The translations under genes were made by a program, and so were the position numbers. This document shows, in pieces, positions 1 through 8,445 of a stretch of 41,153 nucleotides of DNA. Source of the DNA: an uncultured Christensenellaceae bacterium. GTDB lineage: Bacteria; Bacillota; Clostridia; Christensenellales; Aristaeellaceae. Positions within the stretch are counted from its first letter, which is position 1. Each line of letters opens with the position of its first letter. The notes below the pieces were generated by a model. That model saw only the letters and a list, made by a program, of their open reading frames with translations, searched no databases and was not told the DNA's origin. The DNA lies in the NCBI GenBank assembly GCA_905236495.1, contig CAJOPV010000066.1, positions 1 through 41,153 of the forward strand, written 5' to 3'.

Positions 1-186
1 GGGATACACGATGACGACGGGGCCGGCCTCGCACAGGCCGAAGCACCCGGTGCGGATGACCTTGACTTCCTTGTCCAGGCCGTTTTCGGCGATCTTCTGT
101 TCAAACCGCTCGATCAGCTGGGCGGAGCCGGACGAGGTACAGCCCGTGCCGCCGCAGCAAAGTACATGAGCGCGATAGATGTCCAT
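1..186 (-). CDS. NuoF-like (HydB/HndC-type) hydrogenase subunit, N-terminal 62 codons only; the rest lies beyond the window start
   Basis: Own translation from ATG at 186 (minus) gives MDIYRAHVLCCGGTGCTSSGSAQLIERFEQKIAENGLDKEVKVIRTGCFGLCEAGPVVIVYP. This is a thioredoxin-like 2Fe-2S module typical of the N-terminus of NuoF-type hydrogenase subunits. AGGAGG at 195-200 (minus) lies 8 nt upstream. It follows the NuoE-like and ferredoxin genes in the same orientation. It is truncated, so it is not in the ORF track. Confidence 0.7.
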   Translation of the reverse strand, partial: MDIYRAHVLCCGGTGCTSSGSAQLIERFEQKIAENGLDKEVKVIRTGCFGLCEAGPVVIVYP

Positions 187-221
187 GAGCAATTCCTCCT
201 ACTTCTCTGTGCGGTACAGGG

Positions 222-599
222 TTATTTGTCCTCGGCGGCGCCGATGGTGTATTCCGCCACGGGCCGGCCGTTCACGATATGCTCTGCCACCACGCGGCCC
301 ACCTTTTCGGGGGTCATATGCACGTAGGTGACCTTTTCCTGCCCGGGCACGATCACATCCACCATGGGCTCCAGCCGGCACATGCCGATGCACCCGGTCT
401 GGGATACGGTGACGTGGTTCAAGCCGCGCTTATTGATTTCATCCATGAAGGAGAGCATCACGGGCCGGGCGCCGGCGGCGATGCCGCAGGTAGCCATGCC
501 GATCACCACGCGGGTCACGTCGCTTTCCTCTTCCTTGCGCAGGTTGATGCGGTTCAGGGTCTTCTCACGGATGGCTTGCAGTTCAGCCAGGGATTTCAT
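222..599 (-). CDS. Thioredoxin-like [2Fe-2S] ferredoxin (HndB/HydD-type small hydrogenase subunit)
   Basis: 125 aa with Cys motifs GMATCGIAAGA and QTGCIGMCRLEP. Its ATG overlaps the stop of the upstream gene (ATGA at 596-599). It lies between the GHKL protein and the NuoF-like gene. Confidence 0.8.
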   Translation of the reverse strand: MKSLAELQAIREKTLNRINLRKEEESDVTRVVIGMATCGIAAGARPVMLSFMDEINKRGLNHVTVSQTGCIGMCRLEPMVDVIVPGQEKVTYVHMTPEKVGRVVAEHIVNGRPVAEYTIGAAEDK

Positions 600-1150
600 A
601 GGATCACACCTCCAAAAATCGGTTCGATTTCTTCACGCAGGGATGAAAGTATCCATGCGGCAATCTCGGGTTCACTGAGGGGCACGCCCTGCAGCGCTTC
701 TTTGATCTCCCGGGTATCAAAGGCCATTTCGCCCTGGGGGGATACGCATTTCAGCGTGAATTCCGGCTTGTCCGGGTTCATGGTGACGAGGGTCGTCACC
801 GTGCCGGGCAGATCGCCCAGGGGCAGGCAGTCGATGGAACGGCTGTCCATGGTGGCGGTGAGGCGGGTGCCTTTGCCCAATTCGCTTTCGATGGAAAGAT
901 CGCCGCCTGCCAAGCGACAGTTTTCCGCCATCATGGGGATGCCCAGGCCCACCTTGCGGGTGGTGCGGGTGGTGGCGAAGGGGGAAAGGACCCGGGCGAG
1001 CAATTCCTCGCTCATGCCGGTGCCGTCGTCCTCGATCATCACCGTCAGCATGCCTTGCGCATCCACCTGAACGGTAAGGCCCACCACCTTGGCCTGGGCC
1101 CGGATGCTGTTCTGCATCAGATCCAGAATGTGCAGGGATAGATCGCGCAT
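596..1150 (-). CDS. Histidine-kinase-like ATPase (GHKL/HATPase_c) domain-only protein embedded in the hydrogenase operon
   Basis: 184 aa. GHKL motifs are LHILDLMQNSIRA (N-box-like), IEDDGTGM (DxGxG) and KVGLGIPM (G2-like). There is no DHp/His-phosphotransfer domain and no TM segment. It is tightly packed between the NuoE-like and ferredoxin genes. Confidence 0.75.
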   Translation of the reverse strand: MRDLSLHILDLMQNSIRAQAKVVGLTVQVDAQGMLTVMIEDDGTGMSEELLARVLSPFATTRTTRKVGLGIPMMAENCRLAGGDLSIESELGKGTRLTATMDSRSIDCLPLGDLPGTVTTLVTMNPDKPEFTLKCVSPQGEMAFDTREIKEALQGVPLSEPEIAAWILSSLREEIEPIFGGVIL

Positions 1151-1153
1151 GGC

Positions 1154-1636
1154 TTAAGCCTGTTCCTTCTCCCGATACTTTGCCAGGATGCCGGGGATAT
1201 CATCGGGCACCAGCCGCCCATAGACCTCACCGTTGATGGTCATAACGGGGGCCAGGCCGCAGGCGCCCAGGCACCTGGTGGCGTTCAGGGTGAACAGCCC
1301 GTCGGGGCTGGTCTTTCCCACGGGGGTCTTGAGCTCCTCGCTGAGCCGATCCAATACCTTCTGGCTGCCCTTCACGTAGCAGGCCGTGCCCAGGCATACG
1401 CTGATGGTGTATTTGCCGTTGGGCTCCAGGCGGAACTGGGAATAGAACGTGGCGACGCCATACACCTCGCTCAGCGTGACCCCCAGCCCCTCGGCGATGA
1501 TCTTCTGCACATCCATGGGCACGCACCCAAAGATGCCCTGAGCCCGCTGCAGCACCGGCATCAGCGCGCCGGGCTGATCCTTCAGCTCGGCAATGACCGC
1601 GTCCAGCTGTTCGTACTTGTCTTTCATGTCCGGCAT
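1154..1636 (-). CDS. NuoE-like [2Fe-2S] subunit of NADH-dependent/bifurcating-type hydrogenase (HydC/HndA-type)
   Basis: Motifs SVCLGTACYVKG and ATRCLGACGLAPVMTING are NuoE-family Cys ligands. The track ORF starts at GTG 1687. I trimmed it to ATG 1636 (MPDMKDKYEQL...), which has AAGGAGG at 1649-1655 (minus). Confidence 0.85.
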   Translation of the reverse strand: MPDMKDKYEQLDAVIAELKDQPGALMPVLQRAQGIFGCVPMDVQKIIAEGLGVTLSEVYGVATFYSQFRLEPNGKYTISVCLGTACYVKGSQKVLDRLSEELKTPVGKTSPDGLFTLNATRCLGACGLAPVMTINGEVYGRLVPDDIPGILAKYREKEQA

Positions 1637-1964
1637 GACAGTGTGAGACCTCCTTATACTATTTCTGTCGGGTATGAAATGCACCACGCCTGTGATGATT
1701 TCCTATATACCGTCCTATATCATAACATATCTTTCAGATAAATGCACGCGAAAAATAAAAAAAATCAGACGAATTTTGCGAAAATGCAGGTGAAAATGAT
1801 CGGATTATTTGGTTAGTGTTCACTCACTTTCCAATCCGAACACATGAACACGGATTTATATGAATTTTTTGGGCGATATATCACCGAAAAATGGGATTGC
1901 ATTTTTCATGCATATAAGATAAAGTGAAAACTGATTATACCAAAGCGGAACGGAGGCAAACCGC

Positions 1965-3362
1965 ATGAAGAGCAGCCAGCGGGACTTCACCCAGGGCCCC
2001 ATCGCCCGGGGGATGATCGCCTTTTCCATGCCCTTCCTTTTATCCAACGTGCTGCAGGCGCTGTACGGCGCGGTGGATATGTGGGTGGTGGGCCGGTTCT
2101 CGGCGTCAACGCCCGAATTATGCGCCCCGATTTTGTCGGGGGTCAATATCGGCAGCCAGATTACCCACCTGGTCGCCATGATGGTGAGCGGGCTGACGGT
2201 GTCCGGCACGGTGCTGGTGGGGCAGTACATCGGCGCGAAAAAGCAAAAGGACGCTTCCGAAACGGTAGGCACCATGTTCACCATGCTGGGCATCGCAGGC
2301 GCCGCCCTGACGGTGCTGATGATCCTGCTGGCGGACCCGCTGCTGCGCTTGCTCAATACGCCCGCAGACGCCTATGAGCACGCCAAAACCTACCTCATCA
2401 TCTGCGTCGCCGGCACGCTCTTCATTTTCGGCTACAACGCCATCAGCTCCATTCAGCGGGGACTGGGGGATTCGGTGCGCCCGCTGATTTTCGTAGGCGT
2501 TGCCTGCATAGTGAATGTTTTCCTGGATCTTTGGCTGGTGAAGGGCCTGGGCATGGGCGCGGCGGGGGCAGCCTGGGCCACGGTGATCGCCCAGGCCGTC
2601 AGCCTGATCCTGGCGGCGTTCTACCTGAGCCGGAATAAATTCATCTTCGATTTTAAGCTGAAATCATTCAAAATCCATAAGGACAAAATGAACCTGATGA
2701 TCCGTCTGGGCATCCCATCCTCCGTGCAGAGCATCATCGTGAATATATCCTTCCTGGTGATGACCGCCGTCGTCAACGGCATGGGCAGCCTGGGCTACGA
2801 CGCCGCCAAGGCCTCCGGCGCCGTGGGCGTAGTGGGCAAATTCAATTCCTTTGCCATCCTGCCGGCGGTGGCGATGTCCTCCTCCGTCAGCGCCTTCGCA
2901 GCCCAGAATATCGGCGCGGGGAAGCATGACCGGGCCAAGAAGAGCCTGTATGTGGGCACGGTGATCGCCCTGGGCATTTCGGCGGTGCTGTTTTCCCTGG
3001 TGCAGATCGCGCCGGAGGCCATCGTATCCATTTTCAACGAAGATCCCCAGGTGTGCGCTTACGGCGTGGAATACATCAAGACCTTCAGCTTTGATTTCCT
3101 GTTCGTGGCGATCCTGTTCTGCTGCAACGGGCTCATCATGGGCGCCGGGCATACGAAATTTACGCTGCTGACGGGGTCGCTGTCCAGCCTGCTGCTTCGC
3201 ATCCCCGTGGCGGTGCTGTTCGGGAAGGCGCTGGGCTGGGGATTGTCCGGGGTGGGCCTGGCCTGCCCGGCGGCGTCGCTGATCAGCCTGTGCCTGGGCA
3301 TCTGGTTCGTGGCAACCGGCAGATGGGAGCGGGACCAGACCGGCATCCACGCCGAAGCGTAA
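1965..3362 (+). CDS. MATE family efflux transporter
   Basis: 465 aa and polytopic (about 12 hydrophobic segments). The N-terminus FTQGPIARGMIAFSMPFLLSNVLQALYGAVDMWVVGR is typical of MatE repeats. GGAGG at 1952-1956 lies 8 nt before the ATG. Confidence 0.85.
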   Translation: MKSSQRDFTQGPIARGMIAFSMPFLLSNVLQALYGAVDMWVVGRFSASTPELCAPILSGVNIGSQITHLVAMMVSGLTVSGTVLVGQYIGAKKQKDASETVGTMFTMLGIAGAALTVLMILLADPLLRLLNTPADAYEHAKTYLIICVAGTLFIFGYNAISSIQRGLGDSVRPLIFVGVACIVNVFLDLWLVKGLGMGAAGAAWATVIAQAVSLILAAFYLSRNKFIFDFKLKSFKIHKDKMNLMIRLGIPSSVQSIIVNISFLVMTAVVNGMGSLGYDAAKASGAVGVVGKFNSFAILPAVAMSSSVSAFAAQNIGAGKHDRAKKSLYVGTVIALGISAVLFSLVQIAPEAIVSIFNEDPQVCAYGVEYIKTFSFDFLFVAILFCCNGLIMGAGHTKFTLLTGSLSSLLLRIPVAVLFGKALGWGLSGVGLACPAASLISLCLGIWFVATGRWERDQTGIHAEA

Positions 3363-3416
3363 ACATGCAGGGAAAAACGGTGTCCCACCCGCTGCGGACT
3401 TTTTTCCGGGAAAAGC

Positions 3417-3445
3417 TTGTAATTTGATTTTGAGTATGATACAAT
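3417..3445 (+). promoter_or_regulatory. Sigma-A-type promoter for secG
   Basis: TTGTAA (3417-3422), 17-nt spacer, TGaTACAAT extended -10 (hexamer 3440-3445), 33 nt upstream of the secG ATG. Confidence 0.5.
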
Positions 3446-3478
3446 ACCTATTGTTGATTTCAAGGAGGGACATGTTTC

Positions 3479-3715
3479 ATGAGCGCAATCGAACTGATTT
3501 TGGACATTTTAATGGTGATTTCCGCCATCGTGATGATCGTGACCGTGCTGATGCAGTCCAGCGACGACGACGGCATGGGCGCCCTGACCGGCGGCAGCGA
3601 TACGTTCTTCGGCAAGAATAAAAACAACACCCTGGAAGGCAAGCTGGCGCTGGGCACCAAGATTTCCGCCACCCTGTTCGTGGTGCTGGCGGTGCTCATG
3701 CTCATTATCGCCTGA
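3479..3715 (+). CDS. secG: Preprotein translocase subunit SecG
   Basis: 78 aa with two hydrophobic helices flanking the loop MQSSDDDGMGALTGGSDTFFGK, which is characteristic of SecG. AGGAGG lies upstream. Confidence 0.85.
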   Translation: MSAIELILDILMVISAIVMIVTVLMQSSDDDGMGALTGGSDTFFGKNKNNTLEGKLALGTKISATLFVVLAVLMLIIA

Positions 3716-3742
3716 ACGGGGCCTATTGCTCGGGAACCATCG

Positions 3743-3772
3743 GGGCTGACGGCTTTAGTCAGCCCTTCTTTT
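3743..3772 (+). terminator. Rho-independent terminator after secG
   Basis: Perfect 8-bp stem GGGCTGAC (3743-3750) / GTCAGCCC (3758-3765), 7-nt loop, followed by TTCTTTT (3766-3772). Confidence 0.7.
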
Positions 3773-3797
3773 CGTAGAAAAGCAAATTGGAGAAAAG

Positions 3798-5726
3798 ATG
3801 ATCGTTTTAACCGTACAGAACCTTCAGAAGGCTTTTGGGGGCAATCAGGTGCTCAAGGACGTTTCCTTGACCTTGCAGGACAGGCAGCGGATGGGGCTGG
3901 TGGGCGTCAACGGCTGCGGCAAAACAACGCTGCTGCGCATCCTGGCGGGCCTGGAAACGCCGGATGGCGGCTCCGTTTCCTATGCCCGGGACGTCCGGGT
4001 AGGGTACATGGAGCAGCAGTACGCCGTGCAGGGGGACGTCACGGTATTCGACGAATTGAAATCGGTTTATGAGCCGGTATTCGTTATGGAAGAAAAGCTG
4101 CGGGCCCTGGAACAGGAAATGGCCCGGGCGGATGAAGGAACGCTGAAACGGCTGGGGGATACCTATGCCCGGCTCAGCGACGCCTTCGAGAAGGCGGACG
4201 GCTACGGCTGGCGTTCCTCCATTTTCGGGGTACTGAGCGGCCTGGGCTTTACCAAAGAGCAGCACGATCAGCCCGCCCGGCTCTTATCCGGCGGAGAGCT
4301 GACAAGGCTTTCCCTGGCGAAGCTGCTTTTGCAGAAGCCCGACCTTTTGCTTCTGGACGAGCCTACCAACCATCTGGACTTATCCGCCCTGGATTGGCTG
4401 GAAAACTATCTGAACGAATACCGGGGCACGCTGCTGGTGGTGAGCCACGACCGCTATTTCCTGGATCACGTATGCACCCACGTGACGGAGCTGCTGCTGG
4501 GCACGGCGGAGCAGTACGCGGGGAATTATTCGGCCTATATGAGCCAGCGGGCGGAGCGGTTCGAGATCCGCATGCGGGCCTGGGAGCAGCAGCAAAAGCT
4601 CATCGCCCGGGAGGAGGCCATCATCGCTCGGTACAAATCCTTCAACCGGGAAAAATCCATCAAGGCGGCGGAGAGCCGGGAAAAGCGGCTGGAAAAGATC
4701 GAGCGGCTGGATAAGCCCCAGGACGAGCGCCAGGTGCGCTTTCGCTTTGAGGCCAAGCGCCGCACAGGGGACGACGTGCTGATCATAAAGGACCTTCAAA
4801 AATCCTTCGGGGATCGGACGCTGTTTTCGGGCGTGAATCTGCATCTGCGGGCCGGGGATCGGGTGGCATTGCTTGGGCCCAACGGCATCGGCAAATCAAC
4901 GCTTCTCAAGTGCCTGGTGGGGCAGGAAGCCCCGGACGGCGGCACCGTTCGCTGGGGGGCCAACGTGGATACGGGCTACTACGATCAAAAGCAGGAAAGC
5001 CTGCACGGGGATAAGACGGTGCTGGACGAGGTATGGGACGCCTTTCCCAGGCTGGAGCAGAGCCAGGTGCGCTCCGCCCTGGGGCTGTTCCTCTTTACCG
5101 GCGAGGACGTATTCATGCCCATCCGCACCCTGTCCGGCGGAGAAAAGGGCAGGGTGGCCCTGACCAAGCTGATGCTGAAAAAGGATAATCTTCTGCTCCT
5201 GGACGAGCCCACCAACCACCTGGATATGGACAGCCGGGAGGTGCTGGAGGACGCGCTGGAGAATTTTGAGGGCACCATCCTGGCGGTATCTCACGACCGT
5301 TATTTCATCAATCGCTTCGCCAGCCGCGTGGCGGTGCTGACGGAGGAGGGCGTGCGGGAATACCTGGGGAATTTCGACGATTACCAGCAGAAGCTCAAAT
5401 GGGAGCAAAGCCAGCAGGGCTACGACCCGAGATTTTCCGAAATGACCCGCACGGAAGCGGGGAAGGAAAAGAAAAAGCTGCGCTTGGCAAAGGAGCAGCT
5501 GAAGGCCCTTCGGGACGGGGTGAAGCGGGCGGAGGAGGCCGTGGCCCAGGCGGAGGCGGCCCTTGCCGCCCAGGAAGCGCTGATGGCGAAGGCGGAAATC
5601 TATGCCAACCCGGAAAAGGCCGCGGCGGCCGCGAAGGAATACCAGCGGCTGAAAGCGGCCCAGGCGGCGGCCTATGCCGACTGGGAACGGGCGGAAGAAG
5701 CGCTGCTGGACGGAGAAAACGCCTGA
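3798..5726 (+). CDS. ABC-F family ATPase (translation-associated, Uup/YdiF/EttA-like; no TM domain)
   Basis: Two ABC cassettes with Walker A GVNGCGKTT and GPNGIGKST and the signature LSGGE twice. There is an inter-domain linker and a C-terminal Ala/Glu/Lys coiled-coil tail. Confidence 0.85.
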   Translation: MIVLTVQNLQKAFGGNQVLKDVSLTLQDRQRMGLVGVNGCGKTTLLRILAGLETPDGGSVSYARDVRVGYMEQQYAVQGDVTVFDELKSVYEPVFVMEEKLRALEQEMARADEGTLKRLGDTYARLSDAFEKADGYGWRSSIFGVLSGLGFTKEQHDQPARLLSGGELTRLSLAKLLLQKPDLLLLDEPTNHLDLSALDWLENYLNEYRGTLLVVSHDRYFLDHVCTHVTELLLGTAEQYAGNYSAYMSQRAERFEIRMRAWEQQQKLIAREEAIIARYKSFNREKSIKAAESREKRLEKIERLDKPQDERQVRFRFEAKRRTGDDVLIIKDLQKSFGDRTLFSGVNLHLRAGDRVALLGPNGIGKSTLLKCLVGQEAPDGGTVRWGANVDTGYYDQKQESLHGDKTVLDEVWDAFPRLEQSQVRSALGLFLFTGEDVFMPIRTLSGGEKGRVALTKLMLKKDNLLLLDEPTNHLDMDSREVLEDALENFEGTILAVSHDRYFINRFASRVAVLTEEGVREYLGNFDDYQQKLKWEQSQQGYDPRFSEMTRTEAGKEKKKLRLAKEQLKALRDGVKRAEEAVAQAEAALAAQEALMAKAEIYANPEKAAAAAKEYQRLKAAQAAAYADWERAEEALLDGENA

Positions 5727-5751
5727 TACAGAAGAAAGGAACGGATCTGCC

Positions 5752-6597
5752 GTGCATCGCATTTTATGCTCCACCGGGGCGCTGATCGGGTTCCCCAACG
5801 GGCGGGACTACCGGCTGCTGAAGGGCTGCGAAGAAAAGCTTTCCTGCGACGGGCTGGAATTTATGATGTATGACAGCTGGTATTCCCAGCGCCGGGAGCT
5901 GACAGCTTTTTTGCGGTCGCTGCCCCTTCCCATCCCCTCGATGCACTGCGAAAAAAGCGTGGGGGAAAAGCTCTCCTCCGGCAATCGGGAGGAGACGGAA
6001 CGGGCCTTTTCGGATTTTCACGTCAACTGCGAAATCGCAGGGGAGATCGGCGCGGAAAAAATGGTGCTGCATCTGTGGAACGGGCAGCCCTCCGACAGCC
6101 GGATCGAAAACCATCTGGCGGCCTATGGCAAAATGAAGGAGGAGGCCGCACGATATGGCGTGCTGCTGACGGTGGAAAACGTGATCTGCGCCCGGTGGGA
6201 CCCGCTGACCCACTTCAAGGCGCTTCTTGATAAGGATCAAGACGCGGCTTTTACCTGGGATACCAAGCTGGCGGCCTTTCACGGGCAGACGGAGGCGCTG
6301 TACGACCCCCGAAACCAATGGCTGTGGGAGCATATCGCCCATCTGCACGTCAACGACTACGACGGAAGCACGACCACCTGGGGACACTTGAAAACGCTGC
6401 ACCTGGGGCGGGGCGGCATCGATTTTGCCCGGCTGTTTGATTTTCTGCCGCAGACGGGGTATCGGGGAGATTTCACCCTGGAGGCCACCGCCTTTCAGCC
6501 GGACGGCAGCATCCGCTGGGAGGATATGAACGAATCCATCAACAAACTTCGGTCTTTTTTAGCACCGTTAAAGGAGAGAGGCAGCCATGGAGAGTAA
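5752..6597 (+). CDS. Sugar phosphate isomerase/epimerase (xylose-isomerase-like TIM barrel) family protein
   Basis: Family-like pattern: ILCSTGALIG, KMVLHLWNG, LLTVENV, HLHVNDYD, GGIDFARLFDFL, FTLEA. The track ORF (5674) overlaps the ABC-F 3' end. I use in-frame GTG 5752 with GAAAGGA 11 nt upstream. The start choice is uncertain. Confidence 0.65.
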   Translation: MHRILCSTGALIGFPNGRDYRLLKGCEEKLSCDGLEFMMYDSWYSQRRELTAFLRSLPLPIPSMHCEKSVGEKLSSGNREETERAFSDFHVNCEIAGEIGAEKMVLHLWNGQPSDSRIENHLAAYGKMKEEAARYGVLLTVENVICARWDPLTHFKALLDKDQDAAFTWDTKLAAFHGQTEALYDPRNQWLWEHIAHLHVNDYDGSTTTWGHLKTLHLGRGGIDFARLFDFLPQTGYRGDFTLEATAFQPDGSIRWEDMNESINKLRSFLAPLKERGSHGE

Positions 6598-7621
6598 GGA
6601 CGAAATCATCCGCATGCAAAATGAGATCATGCAGGGCCTGATCCGCCAGCGGATGAAGCTGATCGACGAGGATCTGTGGGGCGCCAAGCCCAAGGCGGAA
6701 GATAAGCCCGGGGAGGAGAAAAAACAGCCCGCGTCCAAAACCCCTGCCGAAGCAGCCGAGCCCCAGGAAAAAACGGAGCAGCCGGCAGAGAGCATTGACG
6801 ATCTGAAAAAGGAGCTACACGATTACATCGGCCTTGCCCAAATCAAAAGCGAGGTTGACAGTTTAATCAACTGGATCGGCATCTGCAAGGCTCGGAAGGA
6901 GCATGATCTTCCCACCCCCGATCTTTCGCTGCATATGGTGTTTTCCGGCAATCCCGGCACGGGCAAAACCATGATCGCCCGGCTGATGGCCCGGATTTAC
7001 AAGAGCCTGGGGGTCCTGTCCAAGGGCCATCTGGTGGAGGTGGATCGGTCCGGGCTGGTGGCGGGCTACGTGGGGCAGACCGCCATCAAAACGGGGGAGG
7101 CCGTCCAGAAGGCTTTGGGCGGCGTGCTGTTCATTGACGAAGCCTACGCCCTGACCTCCAGGGGCGGCACCGATTACGGGCAGGAGGCGGTGGATACCCT
7201 GCTCAAGGCCATGGAGGATCACCGGGAGGATCTGGTGGTGATCGTGGCGGGCTATACCGATCTGATGAAGGAATTCGTTCATTCCAATCCGGGGCTGGAA
7301 AGCCGGTTCAACCGCTTCATGCATTTCCCGGATTACACAGTGGAGGAAATGAAGGATATTTTCCGCATGCGCTGCGGAAAAAGCGGATATACCCTTGCGG
7401 AGGACGCGGAGGAGGCGCTCAGGGCGATCCTGGAGCGGGAAAGCGCGCATGTGGAAGCCTTCGGCAACGCCCGGGGCGTCAGGAACTTGTTTGAGCGCGC
7501 CATCGCCGCCCAGGCGGACCGCCTGAGCCGGGGGGAGACGGAATTGACCCGGGAAACCCTGATGCGGCTGACGGCGGAGGATATCCAAATGGCGGCGGAG
7601 GACCCAAACGCAGCGTCCTAA
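6587..7621 (+). CDS. spoVK: AAA+ ATPase, SpoVK/CbxX family (stage V sporulation protein K-like)
   Basis: Walker A GNPGTGKT, Walker B VLFIDEAY, plus VIVAGY and SRFN motifs of the CbxX/SpoVK clade. A charged N-terminal extension is present. The start overlaps the upstream stop by 11 nt. Confidence 0.75.
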   Translation: MESKDEIIRMQNEIMQGLIRQRMKLIDEDLWGAKPKAEDKPGEEKKQPASKTPAEAAEPQEKTEQPAESIDDLKKELHDYIGLAQIKSEVDSLINWIGICKARKEHDLPTPDLSLHMVFSGNPGTGKTMIARLMARIYKSLGVLSKGHLVEVDRSGLVAGYVGQTAIKTGEAVQKALGGVLFIDEAYALTSRGGTDYGQEAVDTLLKAMEDHREDLVVIVAGYTDLMKEFVHSNPGLESRFNRFMHFPDYTVEEMKDIFRMRCGKSGYTLAEDAEEALRAILERESAHVEAFGNARGVRNLFERAIAAQADRLSRGETELTRETLMRLTAEDIQMAAEDPNAAS

Positions 7622-7632
7622 GGGAGGCAGAC

Positions 7633-8433
7633 ATGAAGATGCTCAAACGGATCGCAGCCCTGGCGGCAGCGCTGTGCCTGTGCCTGACGGCGCTGGCGGA
7701 GGAGGAAGAGGAAGAAATCAGCATGGCGGCGGGCTTTGCCGCCGCGGTGACGGAAGCCCCCGCGGAAGCGCCTATGGATGAAGCGGAAAACACGGAATAC
7801 GCGGCCCGGGACGCCCTCATCGACGCCATCATCGAAACGGGCCGGGGGCTGTACGAAAAGGCCAACGGCAAGCTGCAGCGGGCCCACTACGCCGGCGATA
7901 TTTACGTGTGCAAGAATTTTACCACTTACGTGTTTTCCCAAAGCGCGGGCGGCTATCGCCTGGCGGAATACCCGGAGGCCAAGCTGTACGTGCCCGCCAA
8001 TCTGCCCGCCGCGGAATGCAAGCCCCGGCAGTACGGCTACTGCTGGCAGGACGTGCCCGCGGCGGAGGGGAACCCCTTTGTGATCGCCGCCCAGTTTTTG
8101 TATGACGATTCCCTGTCCAAGGCGGAAAACATGGAAAAGGCCATGGATTTCATGCGGCAGGTGGAAAGGGGCGATTATTTCCAGATGTCCGCCGAGTATT
8201 ACTACGGCGTGGGGGCCCACAGCGCTGTGATGATCGACGATTACGACCCGGAGACCGATTCCGTGCACTGGATGGACAGCAACATGGCGGGCCAAAGCAA
8301 AAACGGCATCCGTTACGGCAAGGTGCAGTTCGACGCGGTGAAAAAGATCGAATGGTGGGCGGACGCCTTTTGCAAGAAAGGCCGGGGAGCCACGATCTAC
8401 AGATTAAGAGATGATATTATCCGCGGGGAGTAA
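7633..8433 (+). CDS. Secreted hypothetical protein (signal peptide + acidic linker + Cys/His-containing globular domain)
   Basis: Signal-peptide-like N-terminus MKMLKRIAALAAALCLCLTALA followed by EEEEEE. Coding periodicity is good and no family is recognisable by eye. See the corresponding finding. Confidence 0.6.
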   Translation: MKMLKRIAALAAALCLCLTALAEEEEEEISMAAGFAAAVTEAPAEAPMDEAENTEYAARDALIDAIIETGRGLYEKANGKLQRAHYAGDIYVCKNFTTYVFSQSAGGYRLAEYPEAKLYVPANLPAAECKPRQYGYCWQDVPAAEGNPFVIAAQFLYDDSLSKAENMEKAMDFMRQVERGDYFQMSAEYYYGVGAHSAVMIDDYDPETDSVHWMDSNMAGQSKNGIRYGKVQFDAVKKIEWWADAFCKKGRGATIYRLRDDIIRGE

Positions 8434-8445
8434 AAAACCCAAACA

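Noticed and set aside
1674-1793. 39-codon plus-strand ORF (MKCTTPVMISYIPSYIITYLSDKCTRKIKKIRRILRKCR) in the AT-rich intergenic region
   Set aside because: It has no RBS, it starts inside the hydrogenase-operon leader on the opposite strand, and its Lys/Arg/Ile-rich composition simply reflects A/T-rich promoter DNA.
1844-1927. 27-codon plus-strand ORF (MNTDLYEFFGRYITEKWDCIFHAYKIK) upstream of the MATE gene
   Set aside because: It has no RBS and overlaps the repeat/promoter-like region. It could in principle be a leader peptide, but nothing supports that.
1688-1964. Searched for a Rex operator (TTGTGAA-N4-TTCACAA or TTGTTAA-N4-TTAACAA) and for a riboswitch in front of the MATE gene
   Set aside because: I found no acceptable match to either Rex consensus here or at 41018-41153. 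The MATE leader shows only a short palindrome (GATATATC, 1875-1882) and no extended conserved-looking structure.
3371-3407. Possible terminator after the MATE gene (GGAAAAA...GTCC-N10-GGAC-TTTTTTCC)
   Set aside because: The G/C stem is only 4 bp and the rest is A-T pairing. This is too weak to call, although the T6 run is suggestive.
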